Shown: positions 36,349 to 57,993 of the stretch, piece by piece
How the letters are laid out: every line of letters starts with the position of its first letter
Position numbering within the stretch: the first letter of the stretch is position 1
Origin: the human T2T-CHM13v2.0 reference genome, Homo sapiens
Direction: 5' to 3' (one strand)
DNA: 64,000 bases
Assembly: GCF_009914755.1 (NCBI RefSeq)
Contig: NC_060931.1
Program-made: the position numbers and the translations under genes
The notes under the pieces: generated by a model
The model's database searches: none
What the model was told of the DNA's origin: nothing
What the model saw: the letters and a program-made list of their open reading frames with translations, nothing else

Positions 36349-38901
36349 GAAAGGGAGAGTTCTTATGCATGAATGCCTGATAACAAGAACCATCACAAAA
36401 GACCGCAAAATCCGTAACTTTGCACAAAGGCCGTTGCAAACTTACACACACAAAAATGCTTCTGTAGGGACATCTGTTCAGTTGCTGCCTGTCCAGCCTT
36501 GCACTGGTGCTGCCCTTGTTATTTATCCTTGTAGCCAAGAATTAAAGCAATTATATAATCCTCGCTTTTCGTTTAATAACCTTTGTCTTCCTTTACCTCC
36601 CTGAATATGCAGATAGTTTACTATGGCACACATCATTTTCTTTTAGAGAGTCTCACTTTCTGTTGCTTAAGTTGACAAATATCTTGAATAATCAGAAAAT
36701 AAAGGCAGTAAGATGAGAATCACTTCCATCTTTCTTCTATCAATTCCAACCAAACAGTTTCCGTCTGTCTGCACATAATCTGCCTTTCCCTCTGTTGTAA
36801 GGAGGGGTTCCCATTCTTACCCAAGGCCAACCTATTACTTGTGAATTAAATTCCACCCCTTGCTCCCTTAAGGACCACATCATGATGATGTCTTTACTCT
36901 CCTGCATCATTTGTTCCCTCTCTACGGTATTATTGTAAGCATATAAACATGCTTTACTATCATTCATCTTTTAAAAGTTTCTCTTGATTCCATGACCCTC
37001 CAGTTCCTGTTCAATTTTTCTGCTATTGTTTTCCTGAAAAACCACTCAAATTAATCAACTGTTCTCATCGACCTCACATCCTTGCTCCCATTCCAATCCA
37101 GCTTTCATTTCACCTGATCCATGGAAACAGCCTTCATTGAGCTTATTGATGGCCTATATTTGTTAATATTTTGCCAGTGCCAGGGGGCAATTCTCTCTCT
37201 CTGTTTACTTGGCCTCTCATGCTTTTGCAATCCTGCATATGCAGTTCCAACAGGCTTGGACTCTCCTCTTTGAATGGTAAAGGTCCTCTAACTCTGGGGC
37301 CCAAGTGTGATGATGTGCAGATATTATCTGGCAGGACTCAAGTAAATTGTTCCAGTTCCTGCCTTACTTCTCAGCACACATCTGGCCACTGCTGAACAGA
37401 GACATGACAGAGCATCAACAGCAAGACCCTTTGACAAATTCACTGTTCATCGCAATGCTCCTCCAAATAGTAAAGAATTGGAAATAACCTAAATGTCCAA
37501 ACTCAATGGAATAGTGAGTCAAAATGTATCAAGGTACAAGGCCTTTAATAAAGGTGACCTTTCCTTGTCTTCCCAGCCTGGGGGCTGATGTTAGCTCCTT
37601 CCCTGCTCCTGTCCCATAGAGCCTGAGGCACACCCTTGGCTACTTCATGCCTTTAGGCCCATTTCCTGGCAGAGTTACTCCAATAAGTCTCCACTCAGTG
37701 TTATAGAGGGTGGGAAGAGATGACATAGTAGAGAGAGAGGGCTGGAGGTTCAGGTGTGGGGAGGAGTCAGCCAGTGGCCTCACTGCGAGGGCAAAGGTGC
37801 CTGTGCAAGGCTGTTGAGGGAGAGGTTCCATCTAGGCAGGGTTTGGGGCCCAGGACACTCAGTTAAGGGTCCAGTTTTAGCTCCTTCAGCAGAGCTGGCT
37901 GGCTGAAAGTATCATGATCTTGGGCCAACAGAGGGAGTCTACGGTCAATTCTGGCATGTTGAAGTGGCCTTGAGAAAACAAAAAAACATGGTAAATATGA
38001 AATTACTTCAGAGTGACTGGCAAACTTGGTACAAGCAGCCCATGGGTGTTGCGGACCCTCCACAGTATTTCTGGACAAATTCACTACTTACCCAAAGTCC
38101 TTGTGAGCTTCGTGGACTTTATTGGAGACTGTCTATGGGAGAGAAGATGGATGAGGTGAGGCATTGGGAAGGGTTGATAGGTGAGTTAAAGCCTTTTTTG
38201 GCTTGTCTACCAGTGGTGGTGGGGTCTCTTTTGGCTCTGCCCCCCATGCAGGACCCAGCTGTTCAGATGGGAGTAAGCTCCCGCCCCTACTGCCTCCCTA
38301 TTCTTGCTGCCCATGCAGAGCCACCCGCCCTCTGAAACGAATCTTGAAACCCAGCCTCCATACCCTGCATGGCTCACAGCTATTGACCACAGTGTTTCCC
38401 CAGCCCCCCGATCAATTTTCTTCTTAAGGGAATCTGAAGCTGTTCACCTTATTTCTTCTCAATATTTAGCATATTGTTGGGGATCAACCCCACAATCTGA
38501 CTCATGCAGTAGAAAGTGGGACAATAGGTCATCTTGTGTCTCAGGGTGTGAGGCTGTGGCCAGGTCTCGTTTCAGACCTGCTAGTCTTTCTATGCAGAGA
38601 CTTTTCTGCTCCTCAGCACCCTAGTACAGGAAGGCAGGAGGGGAACTAGGCTTCTGTTAAGCTGGGACAGCCAGTGACTGCCCACTGCAGGGCAGATGGA
38701 ACAGGGGTGGCAGAGGTAAAGATATGCCTGGCACATGAAATATGGTCAGGTGTTCACAGGTAGACCAGGGAGTGAGTGATGGCAGTGAGGGCCAGGCTAT
38801 CATGGGCAGGCTCCCCACACCCCTCAGGAACATGGCTGAGTCCAGAAACAGCCATCAGCTGCACAGTTGTAAAGGTGAAATTAAGATGTAGAACAAGGCC
38901 T

Positions 38902-38973
38902 GGGGGTATAGCTCAGGGGTAGAGCATTTGACTGCAGATCAAGAGGTCCCTGGTTCAAATCCAGGTGCCCCCT
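38902..38973 (+). tRNA. tRNA-Cys(GCA), D-loop variant CAGGGGTAG
   Basis: GGGGGTATAGCTCAGGGGTAGAGCATTTGACTGCAGATCAAGAGGTCCCTGGTTCAAATCCAGGTGCCCCCT; intact cloverleaf; TTTT at 38979-38982. Confidence 0.98.
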
Positions 38974-40332
38974 ACTCCTTTTAATCACTGAAGTAGTGCT
39001 GGGATTTCTGCCCCTTCTCCCCACATGTGACCATTAGTGTGCTTTATTTCATGATAAAATTTAGTGTCTGGATCAGGACAAGGTCTAAGAATCCTCCCCT
39101 GATCATCACCCAGATAATATAATAACTACTAGGGTCACATTTGATTGAAGAGGCTCACCAAGTTAGCCCAGACAAGCCCCACCTCTGGGTCTCTTGCCCT
39201 TCATGGTCTATATGTGGACTTCACTCTTTCTCGGTATCTCATTTCCTCAACCTCACCGTAATCTCCAGAAAGAAGGCACAGACTATCTCTTTGATCTTGC
39301 TACTACTGTGAAGTATGAAGGAAATATATGCAGCTTCCTACTTCCCAGAGGCAACTATAATGATTTGAAAGCAATGTCAAATTTGTCTCTCTTCTCTGTC
39401 TGTGAATTTCTTGAGGGTGCTGCCTCTACCACAGATTCTGGCCATCTGATTCTCCCTTCTTCTCTCCTAACATTTCTTATTTCTTACCCTGGGTCAGTAT
39501 TTCCTTGATGAGAATACCTAGAAGTAGACCCTACTTTATGTTATATTTAAAAATTCAGATAAAATATTTAAGACATATAAATGGCTGTAACAAATCTTCA
39601 GAGGATTCTCTACTTTCCTTGATGAACAAAGAAATCTGAAATAATCTTTTATATGAGGACAAATAAAAATTCAGAAAATATGAAAAACATCTCATTAAAA
39701 GTATCAAAGAGCTAACACAGGAAATACCAGATGTAGATTTGGAAATGATGGGAAGCAGAAGTTTAAATCTCCTTACTAAAAGCTGCTGTGGCCCTGAGTG
39801 TATTTCTCAGTTCAGAAGAGGCAGCTGAGAAGCTGAGTGGAGCTTTTGGGAACCTCTCAAAACTAAGGAGATAGAAGTCAGAATTCTGGGCCCAACTACA
39901 GTACAGACATTGATGACACCAACTCTGACTTTGGACTAGGAACTCAAGGGGTAAGAGTAAATGGAAAGAAATTCAGCCACTGTAAGAATTTGTGGCTAGG
40001 CTTTTTAACGTTTGAATGGCTCAGGAAAACTCAAACCTTGAAATTATATTAAGGTGTCCTGATTGCTCAGATACTTGGAAAAAGCAAATAAAGGAAGATG
40101 TTATTATCCCTGGCCTTAGATTAGTTCTACAAATACAATTTTAAGTAAAATTTTAGCATACAGTCAAAGATAACCAAATACACAGGGAAGCAAAAAGCTA
40201 TAAATGAGAATAAACAGAAATAACAGACCACAGAACTAAACAAAGGGACTTCGGATATTAGAACTACCAGAAACATTATAAAATAACAATGTTACTGTGT
40301 TGAGGGAGATAACAGCCAACCTTGAAAATTTC

Positions 40333-40964
40333 TTTTTTTTTTTTTTTTTAGTATTTATTGATCATTCTTGGGTGTTTCTGGCAGAGGGGGATTTGGCAGG
40401 GTCATAGGACAATAGTGGAGGGAAGGTCAGCAGATAAACATGTGAACAAAGGTCTCTGGTTTTCCTAGGCAGAGGGCCCTGCCGCCTTCCGCAGTGTTTG
40501 TGTCCCTGGGTACTTGAGATTAGGGAGTGGTGATGACTCTTAACGAGCATGCTGCCTTCAAGCATCTGTTTAACAAAGCACATCTTGTACCGACCTTAAT
40601 CCATTTAACCCTTAGTGGACACAGCACATGTTTCAGAGAGCACGGGGTTGGGGGTAAGGTTATAGATTAACAGCATCCCAAGGCAGAAGAATTTTTCTTA
40701 GTACAGAACAAAATGGAGTCTCCTATGTCTACTTCTTTCTACACGGACACAGTAACAATCTGATCTGTCTTTCTTTTCCCCACATTTCCCCCTTTTCTAT
40801 TCGACAAAACCACCATTGTCATCATGGCCCTTTCGCAATGAGCTGTTGGGTACACCTCCCAGACGGGGTGGCGGCCGGGCAGAGGGGCTCCTCACTTCCC
40901 AGATGGGGTGGCCGGGCAGAGGCGTCCCCCACCTCCCGGACGGGGTGGCTGGCCAGGCGGGGGC
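40333..40964 (-). mobile_element. 5'-truncated SVA (SINE-R plus ~3 VNTR units)
   Basis: T-tail; SINE-R gtatttattgatcattcttgggtgtttc...; VNTR cccagacggggtggcggccgggcagagg; TSD TGAAAATTTC at 40323-40332 and 40965-40974. Confidence 0.95.
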
Positions 40965-41445
40965 TGAAAATTTCAAAAGGAAATTTAAAAGCATGAAAAG
41001 TAACTTAGGAGATTTGAAAAGAAGACAAAATATAAATTTTATGTCTAAAAATATAATTAACTAAAATTAAAAAACTCAACGAATAGGTCTATGCTCTTCT
41101 TAATAAATAGATTAAGCCAGTGAGAAAAATCAGTGAACTAAAACATTGGGAGGAAAAACTATCCATCATAAAACATGGAAAGACAAAAGTATGGCAAACA
41201 CAGAAGATAAGGTAATTAATATAGAAGAACAGAAAGAAAAGACTAAAGAAAAGTGAACAGAGCCTAAGGGACCCATGGGACACCACAAGTGGACCAACAT
41301 ATGCATTGTGAGACTCCCAGAAGAGGAAGGGAGAGAAAATGGGACAGAGAGAATATTTGAAGAAATAATAGTTGAAAACTATTGATGAAAGTTTTGATGA
41401 ACTTTCATTGATGGAAGACATGAATATAAAAATCTAAGAAGCTCA

Positions 41446-43031
41446 GCTGGGCACAGTGGCTCATGCCTGTAATCCCAGTACTTTGGAAGGCTGAGGTGGG
41501 TGGATCACTTGAGGTCAGGAGTTTGAGACCAGCCTGGTCAACTTGGTGCAATCCCATCTCTACTGGGAAAAAAAAAAAAAAAAAAAAGGCAGGCGTGGTG
41601 GCACATGCCTGTAATCCCAGCTACTCAGGAGGCTGAGGCATGAGAATTGCTTGAACCCAAGAGGCAGAGGTTAAAGTGAGCTGAGATTACCCTGCTGTCA
41701 TTCTCTCCTGTGCGGCTGTTCTCTTGCGCAGTGGTCGTTTATCTCCATCCACCTTCTCTCCTACCTAAGTGCGTGCCACCACCTGATGGAAGATTCGTGG
41801 ACATGGGGATGAGGCCCCTGAGGCCCCAGAACTATCTTTTCAGTTGTGAACTAAAGGCCAACAAAGATTATCACTTTAAGGTAGATAATAATGAAAATGA
41901 GCACCAGTTACCTTTAACAACAATCAATTTAGGGGCTGGTGCAATGGATGAATTGGACATTGTTGAAGCAGAGGCAATGAATTACGAAGGCAGTCCAATT
42001 AAAGTAATACTGGCAACTTTGAAAATGTCTGTACAGCCAACGGTTTCCCTTGGGGGCTTTGAAATAACACCACCAGTGGTCTTACAGTTGAAGTGTGGTT
42101 CAGGGCCAGTGCATACTAGTGGACAGCATTTAGTAGCTGTGGAGGAAGAAGCAGAGTCAGAAGATGAAGACAAGGAGGTTGTGAAACTCTTAAGTATATC
42201 TGGAAAGCAGTCTGCCCCTGGCGGTGGTAGCAAGCTTCCACAGAAAAAAGTAAAACTTGCTGCTGATGAAGATGATGATGGTGATGATTTTGATGATAAG
42301 GAAACTGAAGAAAAACACCAGTGAAGAAATCTATATGAGATACTCCAAGCCAAAAATGCACAAAAGTCAAATCAGAATGGAAAAGACTCAAAACCACCAT
42401 CAACATCAAGATCAAATGGACAAGAATCCTTCAAAAAACAGCAAAAAACTCCTGAAACACCAGAAGGACCTAGTTCTGTAGAAGACATTAAAGCAAAAAT
42501 GCAAGCAAGTATAGAAAAAGGTGGTTCTATTCCCACAGTGGAAGCCAAGTTCATCAGTTATGTGAAGAATTGCTTCCAGATGACTGACCAGGAGGCTATT
42601 CAAGATCTCTGGCAGTAGAGGAAGTCTCTTTAAGAAAATAGTTTAAACAATTTATTAAAAAATTTTCATCTCATTTCTGTAACAGTTGATATCTGGCTGT
42701 CTTTTTTATAATGCAGAGTGAGAAATTTCCCTACCGTGTTTGATAACTGTTGTCTAGGTTCCATTGCCAAGAACGTGTTGTCCAAAATGCCTGTTTAGTT
42801 TTTAAAGATGGAACTCTGCCCTTTGTTTGGTTTTAGGTATGTATGGAATGTTATAATAGGACATAGTAGTAGCGGTGGTTAGATATGGAAATGGTAGGGA
42901 GACAAAAATATGCATGTGAAATAAAGCTCAGTAATTTAATAAAAAAAAAAAAGTGAGCTGAGCTCATGCCACTGCACTGCAGCCTGAGTGACAGAATGAA
43001 ACCCTGTCTCAAAAAAAGAAGAAAAAAACAA
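41446..43031 (+). mobile_element. AluS split by the NPM1 retrocopy (41446-41685 and 42950-43031)
   Basis: The right arm resumes after the NPM1 poly(A); outer TSD CTAAGAAGCTCA at 41434-41445 and 43032-43043. Confidence 0.9.
41687..42949 (+). pseudogene. NPM1P12: Full-length processed pseudogene of nucleophosmin (probably NPM1P12)
   Basis: NPM1 5'UTR; ATG at 41786; intronless ...[32 protein letters not shown]...KCGSGPVH; frameshifts after codon 4 and at ~42317; W290 codon is TAG; stop TAA at 42631; AATAAA at 42920 and 42938; poly(A); TSD AAAGTGAGCTGAG at 41673-41685 and 42950-42962. The P12 number is recalled, not verified. Confidence 0.95.
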
Positions 43032-43084
43032 CTAAGAAGCTCAATGCATTCCAAGTAAGATGACCTAAAGAGACCCACACTGAG

Positions 43085-44439
<1,355 letters not shown>

Positions 44440-45177
44440 AAAGAGATCCACACTGAGACACATTATAATCAAACTTTCGATATCCAAAGACAAAGAGAAC
44501 CTTTAAGCAACAAGAGAGAAGCAACTTATCACATAGAAGCGATCCTTAATAAGGTTATCAGTGGACTTCTCATGAGAAACTTTGGAGGCTGGAAGGCAGT
44601 GGGTTGATATATTCAAAGTGCTAAAAGGGAAAAAAACCCTTCAACCAAGAATCCTGTATTCAGCCAAACTGTCCTTTAAAAGTGAGAGAGAAATTGAGAA
44701 ATTTCCAGAAAAATAATAGCTGAGGAGTTTGTTACCATTAGAATGGCCCTGCAAGAAATGCTCAAGCGGGGCCTGCAGGATGGAATAAAAGAACATTAGA
44801 CAGTAACATGAAGCCATATGAAAAAATAAAGATCTCAGTAAAGGTAAATACATGGGCAATTGTTAAAGTTAGTGTTACTGCAACAATAGTTGTAACTCCA
44901 CTTTTTTTTTTTTTTTACATAATGTAAGAGACTAATGCACTTAAAAGAATTATTAGTTCTTGTTTTTGGGCATATGATATATAAAAATGTGATTTTGTGA
45001 CTTCAACAACTGAAAGGGGTAGTGATGGAGCTGTTAACAAACCAGAGTTTTTGTATGTTACTGAAGTTAAGTTGGCATGAATTCAAATCGGGGTGTTGTA
45101 TTGTTATAATATTAAATGTAATCCCCATGATAACCACAAAGAAAATAGCTATAGAATATGTATGTATTAAAAAACCC

Positions 45178-45210
<33 letters not shown>

Positions 45211-45736
45211 TATATCTAAGAAGCTCAATGAATTCCAAGTAAGAGAAACTAAAGAGACCCACACTGAGATGCGTTATAATCAACTTTCAACATCCCAAGA
45301 CAAAGAGAATCTTGAAAGTGACACACATATATATATATATATATATATGAAAGAAATTTAAACATTTCACTACAAAAAGGAAAACAGTAACGCAGAAATG
45401 AGGGATAAAACTGCTAAGAGGCATACAGAAGATGAATAGCAAAATGACAGAAGTAGTTTTCTCTTTATCAGTAATTACTTTAAATGTAAATGGATTAAAC
45501 TTTAATCAAAAGGCAGAGTGGACACAAAAACATGATCCAACTATATGCTGTCTATAAAGGATTCACTTTAGACCTAAAGACACAAATAGATTGAAAGTGA
45601 AAAGATGCAAAAAGATATTCCATACAAATAGTAATCAAAAGAGAGAGGGGGTGGCAAAACTAATACCAGAAAAAATAGACCTTAAATCAAAAAAGATTAC
45701 AACACAAAAAGGACATTATATATTAATAAAAAGCTT

Positions 45737-46027
45737 AGACCGGGTGTGGTGGTTTATGCCTGTAATTCCAACACTGTAGGGGGCCAAGGTAGGAGGATTG
45801 CTTGATGTCAGGAAGTTGAGACCTGTCTGAGCAACATAGTGACAATCTGTACAAAAAGTAAAAAATTAGTGGGGCATGATGGCATCTGCCTATAGTCCTA
45901 GCTACTTGGGAAGCTGAGGTGAGAGGACTGCTTGAGCCCAGGAGTTTGAGGCTGCAGTGAGCTATAATTGCACTACTATACTCCAGCCTGGGCAACAGAG
46001 TGAGACCCCAATCTCTCTTTAAAAAAA
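45737..46027 (+). mobile_element. AluJ
   Basis: Diverged Alu dimer within L1M ORF2. Confidence 0.85.
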
Positions 46028-46680
46028 GTTCAATACAACAAGAATATGTAGCAATTATAAACATTTATGTACCTAATAACACATGGAGCAAGAACCAAAA
46101 CAACACAATTGAAGGGAGAAGTAGAAAGTACTCAAATAATAAAGACTTCAGCACTCCACTCACAATAATAAATAGAACAATCAGACTGACAATAAGTAAG
46201 GAAATAGAAGACTTAAACAAAATAAACTAATTATATGTAGTAGATATATATAGAACACTACCCAACAACAGCAGCAGACACATTTTTCTCAAGTGCACAT
46301 GGAACATTTTCCAGGATAGATCATATTTTAGGCCACATATTAAGTTGCAATAGATTTAAAAAGATATCATACAAAATATATTCTTGAACCATAACAGGAT
46401 GAATATAAATAACAGAAGTAAAACTGGAAAATTCACAAAATTGTGGAAATTAAACAACACATTCTTAAACAATCAATTGAAGAACAAATCAGAAAGAAAA
46501 TCAGAAATACTTAGAGACAGTGAAAGTGAAAACATAACATACCAAAACTTATGGAACACAGTGAAAGCAATGATAAGGGAAAAATTTATGGCTATAAACA
46601 CTTACATTAAAAAACATGAAAAATTTCAAATTAATAACCTAGCTTTACAACTTAAGGAACTAGAAATTGAAGAACATGTT

Positions 46681-53751
<7,071 letters not shown>

Positions 53752-53905
53752 TGAAGAACATGTTAACCCTCAAACTAGAAGAACAAAATAATAAAGATTA
53801 GAGCAGAAATAAATGAAATAGAGAATTAAAAATTACGAAACAAAATAGAGAATAGAAAATCAATAAAACCAAAAGTTGGTTCTTTGAAAAAATCAACAAA
53901 ATTTA

Positions 53906-54326
<421 letters not shown>

Positions 54327-54713
54327 TTACAATCCTTTGTATTATGAACAATTGTATGCCAAGACAATGTATAACCAAGATAAAATGGACAAATTTCTAA
54401 AAACACAAAACTTATTAAGACTAAATCACTAAAAATTAGAAAATCTATATAGACCCATGACTAGTAAGGAGATTTAATCAGTGATCAAAATATCTCTCAA
54501 AAGAGAAAAGCCTTGAACCTGATTCACTGGTGAATTCTACTAAAATATTTAAAGATGAATTAACACCAACCCTTTTTAAACTTTTCCAAAAAAATTGAAG
54601 AGGAGGTCATACCTTCTAAATTATTTTATGAGCTCAGTATTACTGCAATACCAAAGCCAAATAAGGACACTAGAAGGGAAGGAAACTAAAGACCAATATA
54701 TCTTGTGCACTTT

Positions 54714-54953
54714 TGTATTACTTTGTTTTCACACTGCTGATAAAGACATACCTGAGACTGAGTAATTTATAGGGAAAAGAGGTTTAATGGAATCACAGTT
54801 CCACATGGCTGGGGAGGCCTCACAATCATGGCAGAAGGCAGAAGTCATGTCTTACATGGTGGCAGGTGAGAGAGAATGACAGCCAAGTGCAAGGGGTTTC
54901 CCCTTATAAAACTGCATCAGAACTTTTGAGACTTATTCACTACCATGAGAACA
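54714..54953 (-). mobile_element. Truncated THE1 LTR fragment
   Basis: cacactgctgataaagacatacctgagactg...ttattcactaccatgagaaca. Confidence 0.8.
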
Positions 54954-55798
54954 TATGAACATTTATGCAAAAATCCTTGATAAAATAGTAGCAAATAAAA
55001 TTAAGTAGCATATTAAAAGGTTTATACTCCATAAGTAAGTGGAATTTATTTGTGGGATGCAACAATGGTTCAACATATGAAAGCTGATCAATATAATACA
55101 CTATACTAACAGAATGAAGGGAAAACACACGTGATCATCTAAATTGATGCAGAAACAATATTTGACAAACTTCATCACACTTTTATGATAAAAACACTTG
55201 AGAAACTAGGAATAGAAAGAAACTACGTCAACATAATAAAAGTCATATGTGAAAAACCATATGTGAAAAACTATAGCAAATACCATACTCAATGGTGAAA
55301 GGCTGAAATATTTTTCTGTAAGATAAGAAACAAGGCAAAGAGGCTCACTTTCACCACATCTATTCAACATAGTACTGGAAGTTCTAACCAGAGAAATTAG
55401 GCAAGAAAAACAAAACAGACATTCAAATTGGAATAGAAGAAGTAAAATGATCTCTGTTCACAGGTGATATAGTCTTACAAATAGAAAACCCCAAATATCC
55501 CACAAAACTGTTAAAACTAATAAATGAATTCAGCAAAGTGGCAGCATACAAAGTCAACACACAAAAATCAGTTGCATTTCTAACAATTAACAATCTGAAA
55601 AGGAAATTATGAAAATAGCTCAATTTATTATAGTATCAAAATGGTAAAATACTTAGGAATTAACCAAGAAAGCAAAATACCTGTACAATGAAAACCAGAA
55701 AACATTGTTGAAATAAATTTAAAGAAAACCAATAAATGGAACCTCATCCCATGTTCATGGATTGGAAGACTTGATATAGTTAAGATGACAACACTACC

Positions 55799-57993
55799 TG
55801 TATTAGTCTGTTCTCTTACTGCTATGAAGAAATACTCAAGACTAGGTAATTTATAAAGGAAAGAGGTTTAATTGCCTCACAGTTCTGCATGGCTGGGGAG
55901 GGCTGAGGAAACTTACAATCATGGCAGAAGGGGAAGCAAACACATCCTTCTTCACATGGTGGCAGGAGAGAGAAGTATGAGACCCTAGTAAAGAGGGAAG
56001 TTCCTTATAAAACCATCAGATCTTGTGAGAACTTACTCACTATCCTGAGAATGGCATGGGAGAAAGCACCTCTTTGATTCAATTACCTTGCACAAGGTCC
56101 TTCCCCCAACACTGGATTACAATTTGGATTACAATTCAAGAAGAGATTTAGGTGTGACAGAACTAGGCCATATCATTCCACCACTGGCCCCTCCCAAATT
56201 TCACCTTTATTATGTTTCAAAACACAATTATGCCTTCTCAACACTTTCCCAATGTCTTAGCTTATTTCACCATTAACTCAAAAGTCCAAGTCTATAGTCT
56301 TATCTGAGACAAGGCAAGTTCCTTCTACCTATGATCCTGTAAAATTAAAAGCAAGTTAGTTACTTCATAGAAACAATGGAGATACAAGCATTAGGTAAAT
56401 ACACCTGTGCCAAATGGGAGAAATTGGTCAAAACGAAGGGACTACAGGGCATGCTGATGCAAGAGGTGGGCTCCTATGGCCTTAAGCAGCTCTGCCTCTG
56501 TGGCTTTGCAGGGTGTGGTCCACCCTCCTGGCTGCTTTCATGGGCTGGCATTGAGTGTCTGTGGCTTTTCCAGGTGCATGATGGTCCAAGCTGTCAGCGA
56601 ATCTACCATTCTGGGGTCTGGAGGACGGTGACCCTCTTCTCAGAGCTCCAGGGGCAGTGTCCCAGTGGGGACTCTGTGTGGGGGCTCTGACCCCACATTT
56701 TTCTTTTGCACTGTTCTAGCAGAGGTTCTCCGTGAGGGCTCCACTCCTGCAGCAAACTTCTGCCTGGACATCCAGGAATTTCCATACATCCTCTGAAATC
56801 TAAATCTTGACTTCTGTGTACCTGCAGGCCCAACACCCACATGTAAGCCATCAAGCCTTGGGTCTTACACCCCCTGAAGCAATGGTCTGAACTGTACATT
56901 GGCCCCTTTTAGCCATGGCTGGAGCTGAAGCAGCTGGGACTCAGGGGACCACGTCCCAAGGCTGCATAAAGCAGGGGTACCCTGGGCCTGGCCCATGAAA
57001 CCATTTTTCCCTCCTAGGCCTCTAAGCCTGTGATGTGAGGGGCTGCTGTAAAGCTTTCTGACATGCCCTGGAGGCATGTTCCCCACTGTCTTGGTAATTA
57101 ACATTTGGCTCCTTATTACTTATGCAAATTTCTGCAGCCAGCTTGAATTTCTCCCCAGAAACTGGGGTTTTCTTTTCTGTTGCATCACCAGGCTACAAAT
57201 TTTCCAACCTTTTATGGTCTGCTTCCTCTTGAATGCTTTGCCTGATACCCTAAATCATCTCTTTCAAGTTCAAAGTTCCACAGATCTTTGGAGCCAGGGC
57301 AAAATGCCACCAGTCTCTTTGCTAAAACATAGGAAGAGTCACTTTTACTCCAATTCCCAAAAAGTTCCTCATCTCCATCTGAGACCACCTCAGCCTGGAC
57401 TTCATTATCCAAATTATTATGAGCATTTTAGTCAAAGCCATTCAACAAGTCTCTAGGAGGTTCCTAGAGAAGGAAGGAACAGGAAGACATTTTTCTGTCT
57501 TCTTCTGAGCCCCTCAAACTGTTCCAACCTCTGCCTGTTACCCAGTTCCAATGTTCCTTCCATATTTTTGAGTATGCTTATAGCAGCACCCCACTCTCTG
57601 TGGTATCAATTTACTGTATTAGTCTGTTCTCATGCTGCTATGAAGAAATATCCAAGACTGGGTAATAAAGGAAAGAGGTTTAGTTGACTCACAGTTCCAC
57701 ATGGTTGGAGAGGCCTCAGGAACCTTACAGTTATGGCGGAGGGGGAAGCAAATACGTCCTTCTTCACATGGCAGCAGGAGAGAGAAGTATGAATGCTGAA
57801 CGAAGGAGGAAGCCCCTTATAAAATCATCAGCTATCATGAGAACTTACTCAATATCATGAGAATAGAATGGGGGAAACCGCCCGCATGATTCAACTACCT
57901 CTCATGAGGTCCTTACCCCAACACGTGGGGATTACAATTTGGATTACAATTCAAGATGAGATTTGGGTGGGGACACAGAGCCAGACCATATCA
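55799..57993 (-). mobile_element. Complete MaLR provirus (THE1D/MSTA-like): LTR 55799-56175, internal 56176-57614, LTR 57615-57993
   Basis: Two direct-repeat LTRs (tgtattagtctgttctc...ccatatca) around a MaLR internal sequence; TSD CTACC at 55794-55798 and 57994-57998. Confidence 0.93.

Noticed and set aside
40362-40583. 73-aa ORF MCFVKQMLEGSMLVK...
   Set aside because: Recurrent SVA SINE-R-derived frame, not a gene.
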